NCBI GenBank assembly: GCA_937975765.1
Contig: CALJUR010000081.1
Location: forward strand, 1,706-65,705
Length of the DNA stretch: 64,000 nucleotides
Direction: 5' to 3'
Source: an uncultured Myxococcales bacterium
GTDB lineage: Bacteria; Myxococcota_A; UBA9042; DTJE01
Shown here: positions 8,229 to 18,485 of the stretch, one piece after another
Layout: every line of letters starts with the position of its first letter
How positions within the stretch are numbered: position 1 is the first letter of the stretch
Translations under genes and position numbers: made by a program
The notes under the pieces: generated by a model
What the model saw: only the letters and a program-made list of their open reading frames with translations
The model's database searches: none
What the model was told of the DNA's origin: nothing

Positions 8229-10166
8229 ATGCGACGCGGCGAGACGGGGTGGTTGGCGTGCCTCCTGGTACCGTTCCTGGGGGTCGTGGCGTGCGGCCCG
8301 GGCGGCGGCGGGACGGCGGACGACCTGCCGATCGCCTTCGGGGACCTGGCACCGGCGGACCCCGGCACCGGGAGCGATCCGGGAACCGCCGGGGACGACC
8401 GCCGGGACCCGGGCGCGGAGGCGCAAGGCGACCTCCCTTTGCCGGACGTCGGCGACCCCGGATCCTTCGACCCGGGCGAGGAGGCGGGGGAACTGCCGGA
8501 CCCTGGAATCCCCGACACCCCGCCGGTCGACCCGGGCACCCCGGACCCGGGCACCGGCGACCCCGGCGGCGATGCGGAGGGCTGCGGAACGGGGCCCGCG
8601 TGCGGCGCCGGGACGGTCTGCATCGACGGGACGTGCGACACCTGCCGGTTTCACTTCGCGTGCGGTCCCGAATGCGTCAGTTGCGTCGGCACCGCGACGC
8701 CGCTGTGCCTCGAGGGGACCTGCGTCCGGTGCCGGGTGACGTCGGACTGCGGCGCCGGGTTCTGGTGCCGGACCGACACGCACGCCTGCGAGCCGTGCGG
8801 CGACGCGGACCCCCTGCACTGCGGGCCGGACTGCGCCGCCTGCCCGGCCGACCGGCCGTCCTGCCAGGGCGGGGAGTGCCGGTGCACCGCGGACTCCTGC
8901 GGCGACCTGTCCTGCGTGGGCGGGGAGTGCCGGGCCTGCACCACCGACGACGCCTGCGGGCCGGACTGCACGACGTGCACCGGCACCGCCACGCCCTTCT
9001 GCCTGTCGGGAGCCTGCGTCGGGTGCCGCTCGGACCTGGACTGCACGAACGGATCCTGGTGCCGGCCCGACACGCACGCCTGCGAGCCGTGCGGCGCCGC
9101 GGACCCCCTGCACTGCGGGCCGGCCTGCACCGCCTGCCCGGCCGACCGCCCGTCCTGCGAGGGCGGCGACTGCCGGTGCACCCCGACCTCCTGCGGCGGC
9201 CTGTACTGCATCGACGGCGACTGCCGAGGGTGCGACACCGACGACGCCTGCGGGCCCGCGTGCAGTCCGTGCCCCGCCGGGACGCCGCACTGCGCATCGG
9301 GCCTGTGCGTGGAATGCCGGGGACCCCTGGACTGCGCCGCCGGGAACTGGTGCGACGGCGGGACGTGCCGGCCGTGCAGTCCGGACGACCCGCAACACTG
9401 CGGCGCGTCGTGCACCGCCTGCGGCGGGACCACGCCCGGCTGCCGGGACGGCGCCTGCGTCTGCCAGGAGGGCTCGTGCGGGACGGGCATGCGCTGCGTG
9501 TCCGGCGGCTGCCAGGCCTGCGACGTGCCGGAGGCGTGCGGTCCGGCGTGCGTGCCGTGCGGGACGGGTGCCCCGTTCTGCGTGTCGGGTGCCTGCCGCG
9601 AATGCCGCACGATGGCCGACTGCCCGTCCACCTCGGTGTGCAGCCCGGCGGGCGCGTGCGTCGACTGCACCGGCACGCTGGGATGCGCCGACGACCGGAC
9701 GCCCTCGGCGAAGACGTGCGCCACCGCGAAGGTCCTGGGCCGGACCCCGACGGCCGCCGGCGTGGTGGTCACCGGCAACACCACCGACCAGGGCAACGAC
9801 GACAACCTGCCGTCCCTCTTCGGGCCGGACTGCTGGGACGGCCAGGTCGACCAGATGTACCGCGTGTACGTGCGCGCGGGCGACCGGCTGGACGTGACCG
9901 CCACGCCGCTGGAAACCGACTACCAGATGTCCCTGAAACTGTACCGGGGAACCGCCTGCGACGAGCAGTGGGAGACCGACCTGGTCGCCTGCCAGTGGAA
10001 GGGCGGGGACGCGAAGCCGCAGGCGGCATCCTACACCGCCACCGAGGCCGGGTGGATCACGATCGTCGTGGACGGGGCGTCGGCATTCACGGAGGAGGCC
10101 GACTGGGGCGCCTACCGGCTGGACGCGAAACTGGCCTGCACCGACGCCGCCTGCTGCTGCCGCTGA
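8229..10166 (+). CDS. Secreted cysteine-rich repeat lipoprotein
   Basis: Signal peptide with lipobox (LGVVACG). It is followed by a Pro/Asp/Gly-rich linker and then many CxxC/CGPxC repeat units. The C-terminal domain is non-repetitive. Confidence 0.7.
   Translation: MRRGETGWLACLLVPFLGVVACGPGGGGTADDLPIAFGDLAPADPGTGSDPGTAGDDRRDPGAEAQGDLPLPDVGDPGSFDPGEEAGELPDPGIPDTPPVDPGTPDPGTGDPGGDAEGCGTGPACGAGTVCIDGTCDTCRFHFACGPECVSCVGTATPLCLEGTCVRCRVTSDCGAGFWCRTDTHACEPCGDADPLHCGPDCAACPADRPSCQGGECRCTADSCGDLSCVGGECRACTTDDACGPDCTTCTGTATPFCLSGACVGCRSDLDCTNGSWCRPDTHACEPCGAADPLHCGPACTACPADRPSCEGGDCRCTPTSCGGLYCIDGDCRGCDTDDACGPACSPCPAGTPHCASGLCVECRGPLDCAAGNWCDGGTCRPCSPDDPQHCGASCTACGGTTPGCRDGACVCQEGSCGTGMRCVSGGCQACDVPEACGPACVPCGTGAPFCVSGACRECRTMADCPSTSVCSPAGACVDCTGTLGCADDRTPSAKTCATAKVLGRTPTAAGVVVTGNTTDQGNDDNLPSLFGPDCWDGQVDQMYRVYVRAGDRLDVTATPLETDYQMSLKLYRGTACDEQWETDLVACQWKGGDAKPQAASYTATEAGWITIVVDGASAFTEEADWGAYRLDAKLACTDAACCCR
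8760..9350 (+). repeat. Intragenic tandem duplication; two near-identical copies of about 294 nt (coordinates approximate)
   Basis: Nucleotide stretches around 8760-8890 and 9054-9185 are nearly identical (ccggaccgacacgcacgcctgcgagccgtgcggcgacgcggaccccctgcactgcgggccgg... versus ...ccggcccgacacgcacgcctgcgagccgtgcggcgccgcggaccccctgcactgcgggccgg...). They encode the repeated peptide WCRxDTHACEPCGxADPLHCGPxCxACPADRPSC. Confidence 0.55.
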
Positions 10167-10188
10167 GAAGGGACCGGTCCGCGGGCGA

Positions 10189-11775
10189 TCACTCCGGGGC
10201 CATCTCGGAGGGCCGCAGCACGATCAGGCGCACCAGGCCCTTGGGCGACCCGTCGCGGAACCGCAGGGCCTGGGCCGATTCGAAGATCGCGGGGCTGGCC
10301 AGCGCGGTCGGGTCCACCTGGGCGGCCAGGGTCCCCAGCAGGCTGGCCAGCAGGCCCACGGACACCGTCGGGGACGCGGTCAGCCACGCCGAGCGCTGGC
10401 CTTCCCTGCCGACCACGTCCAGCACGGCCCGGTAGACATCGCGCAGGTCCGCGCGCCGCGGACCCTCCACCTCGCTGCTGGTCAGGAATTCGACCGTCCT
10501 GCCGCCCCCGACCCCGCCGATCGCCAGGTGGAAGGGGGTCAGCACCAGGTCCAGCGCCGGCGGGTCCTTCCGGAAGCGGTCGCGCGCGCCCCACGGGTCC
10601 ACCAGCGGACGGATCGAGTAGCGGTAGTTCAGGGGCAGGAACTCGGGAGTCCGGGCCCCGCTGGGCAGCAGGGCCAGCAGCGGCAGGGCGTCGGACTCGG
10701 CCAGGCAGGCTTCCAGGATCTCCATCAGGTCCGAGTAGCTGGCCGAGCGGTCGGCCGCGATCGGAATGAACTTGCGACGCTGGTATTCCACCGCCGGGCG
10801 CTTCTCCCAGGCGAAGTGCAGCGCCGTCGTCAGGTTCTCCAGCGTGTGGCTGCGCCGCATGTCGTACAGGACCTCGGCCACCGGGTCGGGGAGCTGGCGG
10901 GCGCCGGGTTTCAGGACGGGCTGGTCGATGATCTGCAGGCGTCCCGCGGACAGCACCAGCGCCCAGGGCGGCGTGAACATCAGCCCGTAGCCGCGTCCCG
11001 GCGGCAGCATCGCCCCCGCCAGTTCGCCCGACGACAGCCCGGGCATCGGCAGGGGCAGCGGGTGCCGCGCCAGTTCGGCCGCGCGGTCGCAGGACCCCCT
11101 CACCTCCTGCACGGTGCCGGCGCCCTTCGGGCACCGTTCCAGCAGTTCCTCCAGTTGCACCCGGGCAAAGGCCAGGATCTCGGCGTCCTCGGCGTCCTGC
11201 GGCAGCCGGCACCCCAGCAGCAACTGGGCCGCCGCCGCGTTCGACTGCACCCGGTACGGGTCCACCGACGCCACGATCTGGGCCACGGTGGACAGCCGCT
11301 GCAGCAGGGCCAGGTCCGCGAACCGCCCGCCCCGGTTCTCCACCGTCTCCAGCCCCTGCAGCCGCTCGCAGGAGGGCTGGCGCATCGTCGCCAGCACCGT
11401 CCGGGCGTCCTCGACCCCGGCCGCGCGCGACCCCAGCGACTCCAGCGACCGCGCCTCCTCGTCCAGCAGGGCCGGCGCCCGCTCGGGTTCCAGGCCGGCC
11501 TCGGCCAGGAAGGCCCGGTCGGCGTCGGGGAACGCCATCAGGGCCGCCATGGACCGGTGCAGCGCCTTCATCCGGACCTCGACGCCGTCCGCGGAATCGC
11601 GGCGCTCGCGGTCCAGCGAGCGGAGTTCCGCGATGGCCTTCGCGCACCGCGACCGGTCCTCGCAACTCGCCAGCGCCTTCCCGATCCGGTCCAGCGACTC
11701 GTCCCGGCCGCACCCCGCGGTCGCCAGGACCGCCACCCCGATCCCCACCGACACCCAACGCCGCAAACGGCTCAT
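10189..11775 (-). CDS. Hypothetical lipoprotein
   Basis: N-terminus MSRLRRWVSVGIGVAVLATAGC is a type II signal peptide with lipobox. 528 aa with no recognised catalytic motifs. Confidence 0.6.
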   Translation of the reverse strand: MSRLRRWVSVGIGVAVLATAGCGRDESLDRIGKALASCEDRSRCAKAIAELRSLDRERRDSADGVEVRMKALHRSMAALMAFPDADRAFLAEAGLEPERAPALLDEEARSLESLGSRAAGVEDARTVLATMRQPSCERLQGLETVENRGGRFADLALLQRLSTVAQIVASVDPYRVQSNAAAAQLLLGCRLPQDAEDAEILAFARVQLEELLERCPKGAGTVQEVRGSCDRAAELARHPLPLPMPGLSSGELAGAMLPPGRGYGLMFTPPWALVLSAGRLQIIDQPVLKPGARQLPDPVAEVLYDMRRSHTLENLTTALHFAWEKRPAVEYQRRKFIPIAADRSASYSDLMEILEACLAESDALPLLALLPSGARTPEFLPLNYRYSIRPLVDPWGARDRFRKDPPALDLVLTPFHLAIGGVGGGRTVEFLTSSEVEGPRRADLRDVYRAVLDVVGREGQRSAWLTASPTVSVGLLASLLGTLAAQVDPTALASPAIFESAQALRFRDGSPKGLVRLIVLRPSEMAPE

Positions 11776-11834
11776 CCGCCCTCCTGCCCGGCCCGCCGGT
11801 CCGTCTTTGCCTCGCGCGCCGGACGGATGATACC

Positions 11835-13004
11835 ATGCGGCACGGGCCGGAAGCGCCCCCGGAACCAGGCATCCGGCCGGGCTCCACGCGCCGGAGGAGA
11901 CCCGTGGACGCAGCGTCCCCGGTCAAGGTCGTCCTGTCGGACCTGCACATGGGCACGGGCGAACGCCCGGGGCGCGTGAACCCCTTCGAGGACTTCCATT
12001 TCGACCAGCGCCTGGCCGACCTGATCCAGCACCACGCGACGGGGCCGCTGGCCGGCACCGAGGTCGAACTGATCCTGAACGGCGACATCCTGGACCTGCT
12101 GAAGGTGCCGGTCCGCGGGCACTTCGTGACCGAGATCGACGAGACGGCGGCCGTCGACAAGGTGCGGCGCTGCCTGCTGGGCCACCCCGCGGTCTTCGAC
12201 GCGATGGCCGGCTTCGTGCAGGTCCCCGGCCACGCCGTGACCTGGCTGCCCGGCAACCACGACCCGGAAGTGGCCTTCCCCCGCGTGCAGGCCCTGCTGC
12301 GGGCGCGACTGGGGTTGCCCGACGGCGACCCGCGGCTGCGGTTCGTGCTGGACGAGTTCCTGCGGCTGCCCCGCGGCGTCGTGGTCACCCACGGCCACCT
12401 GTTCGAGTCGATCAACCGCATCGAGGCGGGGCGCGCGTTCGTGGAAGCCCCCGACGGGCGGCGCCTGCTGAACCTGCCGTTCGGCAGCCGCTTCTTCACG
12501 GAGGTGCTGGCGCCGGTCAAGGCCGAGCAGCCGCTGATCGACCTGGTGCACCCGCTGTCGTCGATGGTGCTGTGGGGGCTGGTGTTCGACCTGCGGTTCA
12601 CGCTGCGGCTGCTGGCCAGCATGGCGCGCTGGCTGCTGGCGACCCGGCTGCGCCCCCGGGCCCGGGAGGAGGGCGTGCTGCGGACGCTACAGGTCCTGGT
12701 GGACGAGATCGCCCTGTTCACCGGCATGGACCGGCGCGCCACGGCCCACCTGCAGGACGCGCCCGACATGTCCGCGCTGATCGTCGGCCACAGCCACTTC
12801 CCGATGATCCGGCGCCTGCCCCGCAACAAGGTGTACGTGAACACGGGGACCTGGGTCCGCATGGTCAGCCTGGACATCCGGGACCTGGGCACCCGCCTGG
12901 ACCCCACCTTCGCACGGGTCGAGTACCGCCCCGTGGGCCCGCCCGCCGTGTCGCTGCTGCGCTGGAACGGCCGCCAGCGGGAGACGGAGGAGGTCGTGGC
13001 CTGA
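11835..13004 (+). CDS. Calcineurin-like metallophosphoesterase
   Basis: Metallophosphoesterase signature blocks: LSDLHMG, GDILD, GNHD, THGH and GHSH. Confidence 0.7.
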   Translation: MRHGPEAPPEPGIRPGSTRRRRPVDAASPVKVVLSDLHMGTGERPGRVNPFEDFHFDQRLADLIQHHATGPLAGTEVELILNGDILDLLKVPVRGHFVTEIDETAAVDKVRRCLLGHPAVFDAMAGFVQVPGHAVTWLPGNHDPEVAFPRVQALLRARLGLPDGDPRLRFVLDEFLRLPRGVVVTHGHLFESINRIEAGRAFVEAPDGRRLLNLPFGSRFFTEVLAPVKAEQPLIDLVHPLSSMVLWGLVFDLRFTLRLLASMARWLLATRLRPRAREEGVLRTLQVLVDEIALFTGMDRRATAHLQDAPDMSALIVGHSHFPMIRRLPRNKVYVNTGTWVRMVSLDIRDLGTRLDPTFARVEYRPVGPPAVSLLRWNGRQRETEEVVA

Positions 13005-13026
13005 CCCCCGAGACTGGAGGAACGAC

Positions 13027-14082
13027 GTGACGATGCGGATGCGAGCCCCGGGACTGCCCTTCCTCCCGGCCCTGCTGGCCTGTGCCGTGCTGGCCGCCTG
13101 CGACGCGGGCGACGACGGCGCCCCGGACGCGGCCGGGGACGTCCTGCCCGGCGACGTCCTGCCGGGCGACGACGCGACCCCCGAGGCGCGGGGCGGGGGC
13201 GGGACCTTCCCCGAGGGCGCCACCGAGGCCCAGATCCTCGCCCTGGAGGAGGTGAACCGCCACCGGATCGCGTCGGGGCTGGCCCCCGTGGACGAGGACG
13301 AGGCCCTGAACCGCGCCGCGCAGGCGCACGCCTCCTTCATCGTCTCCAACTGCGCGAACTACGGCCGCACCGGCCTCAGCCCGCACGAGGAGGACGCCTC
13401 GTGGCCGGGCTTCACCGGAGAGGATCTCGGGGACCGCGCGACCGCCGCGGGGTTCAAGCCGGACGGCTTCGGGGGCGGGCTGGGCGAGGTCATCGCCTTC
13501 CACGACGCCCCCGCGCGGGCCGTCCCCGGCTGGATCCGCACGCTGTACCACCGGCTGCCGCTGCTGGACCCGCAGACCCGCCGGATCGGCTACGGCGGCG
13601 ACACCAGCGGGGCCCTCTGCCTGCTGTCGCAGTACTCGAACGCCGACGTGATCGACACGTTCCTGGCGCCCTGGCAGGACGACGCCGTCGTGCTGTACCC
13701 GCCCGACGGGGGCCGGCGGATCCCGACGTCCTTCGACGGGCTGGAGTCGCCCGAGCCGGTGCGCCCCCCGAAGGCCCAGCCCTGGCCGTCGGGGACGATC
13801 ATCACCGTCCAGTTCGGGCACCCCCTCGCGTTCTCCGTGACCGGCCACCGCCTGCTGCGGGCCGGCACCACCGACGTGCCGCACCTGGTCGTGGCGTCCG
13901 TCGGCGACGAGGCGGCCGGCGTGGTCCGGGACCCGAACCTGGACGACCCCCGCACCCTGGCCCTGTACGCGCACGACCGGCTGGCGGCCGGCACCGACTA
14001 CACGGTCGTGCTGGACCTGGTGCGCAACGGCGCGCCGCTGCACCTGGAGTGGTCGTTCAAGACGGACTACAAGCAGGACTGA
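13027..14082 (+). CDS. CAP/SCP (cysteine-rich secretory protein) domain lipoprotein
   Basis: Lipoprotein signal (LLACAVLAACD). CAP-domain-like core (HRIASGLAPV...AQAHASFIV...GEVIAFHD). Confidence 0.6.
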   Translation: MTMRMRAPGLPFLPALLACAVLAACDAGDDGAPDAAGDVLPGDVLPGDDATPEARGGGGTFPEGATEAQILALEEVNRHRIASGLAPVDEDEALNRAAQAHASFIVSNCANYGRTGLSPHEEDASWPGFTGEDLGDRATAAGFKPDGFGGGLGEVIAFHDAPARAVPGWIRTLYHRLPLLDPQTRRIGYGGDTSGALCLLSQYSNADVIDTFLAPWQDDAVVLYPPDGGRRIPTSFDGLESPEPVRPPKAQPWPSGTIITVQFGHPLAFSVTGHRLLRAGTTDVPHLVVASVGDEAAGVVRDPNLDDPRTLALYAHDRLAAGTDYTVVLDLVRNGAPLHLEWSFKTDYKQD

Positions 14083-14119
14083 TGGGGGGCGCGGCGGCCG
14101 GCGACCCGGGGGCCGGCGC

Positions 14120-15178
14120 CTACAGGCAGTCGTACTGCGGGGGGGTCGCCTCCGCGTTCCACTTGCATTCCAGCGGCGGGACCACCTGGTTGCAGTAGTA
14201 GGTCTTCAGGATGCCCCGGTCGCAGAAGACCAGCGTGTACAGGTCCATGCACTGGCCCGTGGCGGTGACGCCGCCGCACTCCTCGCCGCACTGGCCGCCC
14301 TCCGAGCACACCAGGTCCCCCTCGCAGGTGCCGCAGGTCCCGCCTCCGGGGCAGCCGTCCGGGCCGCACTGCTTGCCCGTGCACTGAGGCACGCACACCT
14401 CGGGCTTGCGGCACATGAACTTCTGGGCGTTGTTGTCGTACCCGCAGACGTAACCGTTGGCCGTGTCGCAGACCTCCTTCTTCAGCACGCCGCCCTCGCA
14501 CCACTGGCGCTCGTTGCCGACGCACTGGCCGATCTCGGTCACGTCGTGGCAGGACGTGTCCTCGGTGCACTGGCCGTCCTTCGTGCAGACGAAGCCGTCC
14601 TCGCACGTCCCGCAGTAGTCGCCGCAGCCGTCCGGCCCGCACACCTTGCCGTCGCACTGCTTCACGCAGGACTTCAGCACGCACGTGAACGTGGGCGAAC
14701 ACTCCTCGTTCTCGGCGCAGCCCGGGGGGCAGTCGCCGCCGCAGCCGTCGGACCCGCAGACCTTCCCGTCGCACTTCTTCTCGCAGTACGGCTTGCAGAT
14801 GCCGGTGTCCGGGATGCAGATCTCCCCGTACTCGCAGAAGCCGCAGACGCCATCGCAGCCGTCCGAGCCGCACTCGCGGCCCTCGCAGTCGGGCACGCAG
14901 GGGACCTCGACCTTCGCCTCCTCCTGCGCGTCCTCGGCCCCGTCCCCGGCGGGGTCCGTCCCCTCGTCGACCAGGACCTCCTCGGCCATCGACTCGTCCC
15001 GGCCCCCGACCTCCTCGGTCGCCGCCTCGCTGCCGTAGTCCGTCACCACGACGGGGACGTCGCCCGGGTCCGTGGCCTCCGCGCCGTCCACCGGGACGTC
15101 CGCGGGAGGATTGCCGTCGCCGCCGCAGGACGCGACCGTCGCCGCCGCCAGGACCACCCCGATCCACCGCAAGGTCAC
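14120..15178 (-). CDS. Cys-rich (EGF-like/CxxC repeat) lipoprotein; GTG start
   Basis: The listed ORF 14120..15712 begins with an implausible N-terminus. An in-frame GTG (VTLRWIGVVLAAATVASCGG), preceded by GGGAGG, gives a lipoprotein signal. The body is repeated C-rich modules (CDGKVCGxDGCGxxCG). Confidence 0.55.
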   Translation of the reverse strand: MTLRWIGVVLAAATVASCGGDGNPPADVPVDGAEATDPGDVPVVVTDYGSEAATEEVGGRDESMAEEVLVDEGTDPAGDGAEDAQEEAKVEVPCVPDCEGRECGSDGCDGVCGFCEYGEICIPDTGICKPYCEKKCDGKVCGSDGCGGDCPPGCAENEECSPTFTCVLKSCVKQCDGKVCGPDGCGDYCGTCEDGFVCTKDGQCTEDTSCHDVTEIGQCVGNERQWCEGGVLKKEVCDTANGYVCGYDNNAQKFMCRKPEVCVPQCTGKQCGPDGCPGGGTCGTCEGDLVCSEGGQCGEECGGVTATGQCMDLYTLVFCDRGILKTYYCNQVVPPLECKWNAEATPPQYDCL

Positions 15179-15332
15179 GCCGCACCTCCCGTTCCGGTCC
15201 TCCCCCGCACCGCCGTAGGACCCGACCTGTTCACGACCGGGTCCCTGCCTTGCAGCCGGGGAAGCACGCCCGTAGAATTCTAGCGACCGTCCCTTGCTGC
15301 CGCAAGAAAGGCCGTCCTCCGGAGGTCGCCCG

Positions 15333-18300
15333 ATGAAGCCGTTTCCCGCAGGAGTCCTGGTCCTGGCATCCCTGCTGGCCGCGTGTGGCGGCGGGTCGCA
15401 CCCGGCCACCGACACGGGCGCCGACGACCTCGGGCAGGACACCGCGCCCCCCGTCCCGTCGATCGACACGGTCCTGTCCACGACCACGGTGAAGGCGGGC
15501 CAGGAAGTGGCCGTCACCTGCGTCGGGCACGGGTTCGCCCAGGACCAGGCGGAACTGGTCGTCCGGCTGGCGTCGCAGGGGATCCCCACGGGCGGGCCGT
15601 CCGGCGGCGAGGACGCGACCGTGGGCGAGGACCCGTACGTCGGGCCGGACGAGACGCCGGACCTGGCGCTGCCCGAGGGCGTGACCCGGGAAGGCATGGT
15701 CCTGAAGTTCACCCGCGTCGAGGTCTACACCGTCGCCTGCTGGGCCCCGGACACCCGCATGCTGGACAAGTCGCCCGCCCGCGTCGTGGTCCGCCCGGCC
15801 ACCGCCGCGACCGTCGAGACGTCCGTGACGCCCACCGACATCAAGGCCGGCGAGACCGTCACGGTCACCTGCACGGGCGTGGACATCTACGGCAACCCGC
15901 TGGAGTCCCAGATGGTCCCCGGCGTGTCGCCCCCGGCCGGCGTGACGATCCAGGGCATGCTGGTGCAACTGACCAAGGTCGGCACCTACCAGGTCGCGTG
16001 CGGCGTGAAGGACACCGCCATCCTGGACCCGACGCCGGTCACGGTCACGGTCTCGCCGAACCTGCCCAAGCGCATCGTGACCACCGTGACCCCCGACACG
16101 TTCGAGGCCGGCGGGTCGGCCGCGCTGTCCTGCAAGGCGCTGGACTACTACGACAACCCGGTGACCAACCTGCCGATGTCGGTGCAGAAGCCCGATGCGC
16201 TGGCGCTGGATCGCCTGACCCTGTCCGGCACGCTGGCCGGCCTGTACGTGGTCAAGTGCGTGCCCGAGACCAGCGAGTGGAAGTACTTCACGCTGGTGCC
16301 GGCGTCGGTGACGGTGACGCCCGGCCCGCCGGTGACGCTGCTGCTGAACCCGGTGCCGCGCAAGCCCTTCTACGGGAAGAACGAGACGCTGACCGTCACG
16401 GCCGAGGCCCGGGACGCTTACGGAAACCTGGTCCCCGAGGCGATGGTGCAGGCCCCGGTCGAGATCGACCCGCCGCAGGGGATCACCCCGGTGACCGGCA
16501 AGGAGACCCGGGTGTTCCAGTTGAAGGAGGAGGGCGTCTACCGGATGACCTTCCGGCTGGCCGGTTTCCCGACGGTCTACGCCACGCTGGACGTGACGGT
16601 CGAGGGCAGCGGCCCGCTGCTGTCCATCGAGAGCCCCGAGCGCGGCGACTCGTTCACGGACAAGCCGTCCGTGAACCTGATGGGCTCGGTCAACGACGAC
16701 GAGTCCGGCGTCCAGTGCGTCTGGTACAAGCTGAACCGGCTGGACATGGACGACCCGTGCCCGGTCCCGCAGCCGCCCCCCGAGGGCCAGACGTGCTGGA
16801 TCGACTCCACGCACTGCTGGACGCTGATGCGCCTGCAGGCCGGCACCTTCTCGACCGTGCTGAACCACCTGAACCAGGGCGTCAACGTCGTCACCGTCGC
16901 AGCCATCAACAATGCGGGCTCGCTGGTGACCACGTCGCGCGCGTTCCAGTACTCGCGCGTCTTCTACCCGCCGCCCTCCCGGAACGCGGCCCTGGCCGTG
17001 GTCCACGACGGGGTGCTGGCGTTCCTGTCCCGGTTCTTCATCGACGACGGCGACCACGCGGTGCCGCCGAACCCGGACGACCTGGCCACGATCCTGGAGA
17101 TGGTGGTGTCGTCCCTGAACCTGTCGGCGCTGCTGCCGAACCCGCTGGCCGAGGCGGGCCCCTACAAGGTCACGATCCCGTCCATCACCTACGGCAAGCC
17201 GCAGTTCAACCTGTACCTGTACGACGGCGAGACGGCCAATGACCCCGGCGGCATCCACCTGGTGATGAGCATCCCCAACGTGAAGGTCGACATCGCGGCG
17301 ATCGGGCGCTGCGACTTCATCATCGACTGGTGCCCGGACGTGACCGGCGACGTGTCGTTCTCCCAGTTGCGGGCCATCTCGGACATCGACGTCGGCATGG
17401 ACGCGTCGGGCCAGGTGGTGGCCACGATGAAGAACATCCAGGTGGACCTGGGCGGCATGCAGGTCCACATCGACGGGCTGCTGGGGACGCTGCTGGACGG
17501 GATCATCAACCTGCTGCTGGACGCCTTCCGGCAGACGCTGACCGACACGCTGGAAACGCAGGTCGCGTCGCTGGTCAACGAGACGCTGACCAACGCACTG
17601 AAGCAGCTGGACATCGACCAGTCGCTGGAGATCCCGTCGCTGCTGGGCAACCCGCCCAAGGCCATCCGCCTGCGGGTCAAGCCGTCGAACCTGAAGGTGC
17701 GTACGGAGGGCATCGACGTCGCGATGGACGGGACCATCTCGGCCATCAAGGGCGTGCTGCACGAGCCGCTGGGATCGATCGGGCGCGCGAACTGCAACCT
17801 GTTCCCGTACGACGCCGACCGGACGGGGTTCGACCTGCCGTGGGACGAGGAGGTCGTGCTGGGCGCGTTCGACGACCTGCTGAACCAGGCGCTGTACGCG
17901 GTGTGGTACGCCGGCACGCTGAACCTGACGATCACGCAGGCCGACCTGGGCGACTTCGAGTCCCCGATCGACCTCCGGGACCTGAAGGTCACGCTGGACT
18001 TCTACCTGCCGCCGATCCTGACCGACTGCAGCGACAAGCGGCAGTTGCAGGCCCAGGTGGGCGACCTGTACGCATGGGTGGACGTGATCCTGCTGGACAA
18101 CCCGCTGCAACTGGGCGCCTTCGTGAACGCCACGGCGACCGCGTCGCTGTACCTGACCCCCGGCGAGACGGGCAAGACCGCGGTGGCGGTGCGGCTGGAC
18201 GACATCGACATGCTGGACCTCGAGGTCGTCAGCATCAACGAGGACTTCCCGCTGACCGCGGACGACCTGATGACGATGCTGAAGGGCCAGGTGCTGGACG

Positions 18301-18485
18301 AGGCCCTGAAGGGCGTGAAGGGCAAGGAACTGTTCGCGTTCGAGATCCCGTCGATCGACATGTCCGGCCTCAGCCCGATGCTGCCGCCGGACCTGACGCT
18401 GGACATCCACCTCACCGACCTGTCGCGGGACCGCGGCCACACCGTGGTCAAGGGCCTGCTGGGCCAGCCCGCCCCGACGCCCTGA
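15333..18485 (+). CDS. Large secreted lipoprotein with repeated Ig-like/beta-sandwich modules
   Basis: Start MKPFPAGVLVLASLLAACGG (lipobox). The first roughly 400 aa contain repeated units of about 100 aa (VTVTCxG...YxVACxxxD). The start was trimmed from the listed 15294. Confidence 0.65.
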   Translation: MKPFPAGVLVLASLLAACGGGSHPATDTGADDLGQDTAPPVPSIDTVLSTTTVKAGQEVAVTCVGHGFAQDQAELVVRLASQGIPTGGPSGGEDATVGEDPYVGPDETPDLALPEGVTREGMVLKFTRVEVYTVACWAPDTRMLDKSPARVVVRPATAATVETSVTPTDIKAGETVTVTCTGVDIYGNPLESQMVPGVSPPAGVTIQGMLVQLTKVGTYQVACGVKDTAILDPTPVTVTVSPNLPKRIVTTVTPDTFEAGGSAALSCKALDYYDNPVTNLPMSVQKPDALALDRLTLSGTLAGLYVVKCVPETSEWKYFTLVPASVTVTPGPPVTLLLNPVPRKPFYGKNETLTVTAEARDAYGNLVPEAMVQAPVEIDPPQGITPVTGKETRVFQLKEEGVYRMTFRLAGFPTVYATLDVTVEGSGPLLSIESPERGDSFTDKPSVNLMGSVNDDESGVQCVWYKLNRLDMDDPCPVPQPPPEGQTCWIDSTHCWTLMRLQAGTFSTVLNHLNQGVNVVTVAAINNAGSLVTTSRAFQYSRVFYPPPSRNAALAVVHDGVLAFLSRFFIDDGDHAVPPNPDDLATILEMVVSSLNLSALLPNPLAEAGPYKVTIPSITYGKPQFNLYLYDGETANDPGGIHLVMSIPNVKVDIAAIGRCDFIIDWCPDVTGDVSFSQLRAISDIDVGMDASGQVVATMKNIQVDLGGMQVHIDGLLGTLLDGIINLLLDAFRQTLTDTLETQVASLVNETLTNALKQLDIDQSLEIPSLLGNPPKAIRLRVKPSNLKVRTEGIDVAMDGTISAIKGVLHEPLGSIGRANCNLFPYDADRTGFDLPWDEEVVLGAFDDLLNQALYAVWYAGTLNLTITQADLGDFESPIDLRDLKVTLDFYLPPILTDCSDKRQLQAQVGDLYAWVDVILLDNPLQLGAFVNATATASLYLTPGETGKTAVAVRLDDIDMLDLEVVSINEDFPLTADDLMTMLKGQVLDEALKGVKGKELFAFEIPSIDMSGLSPMLPPDLTLDIHLTDLSRDRGHTVVKGLLGQPAPTP

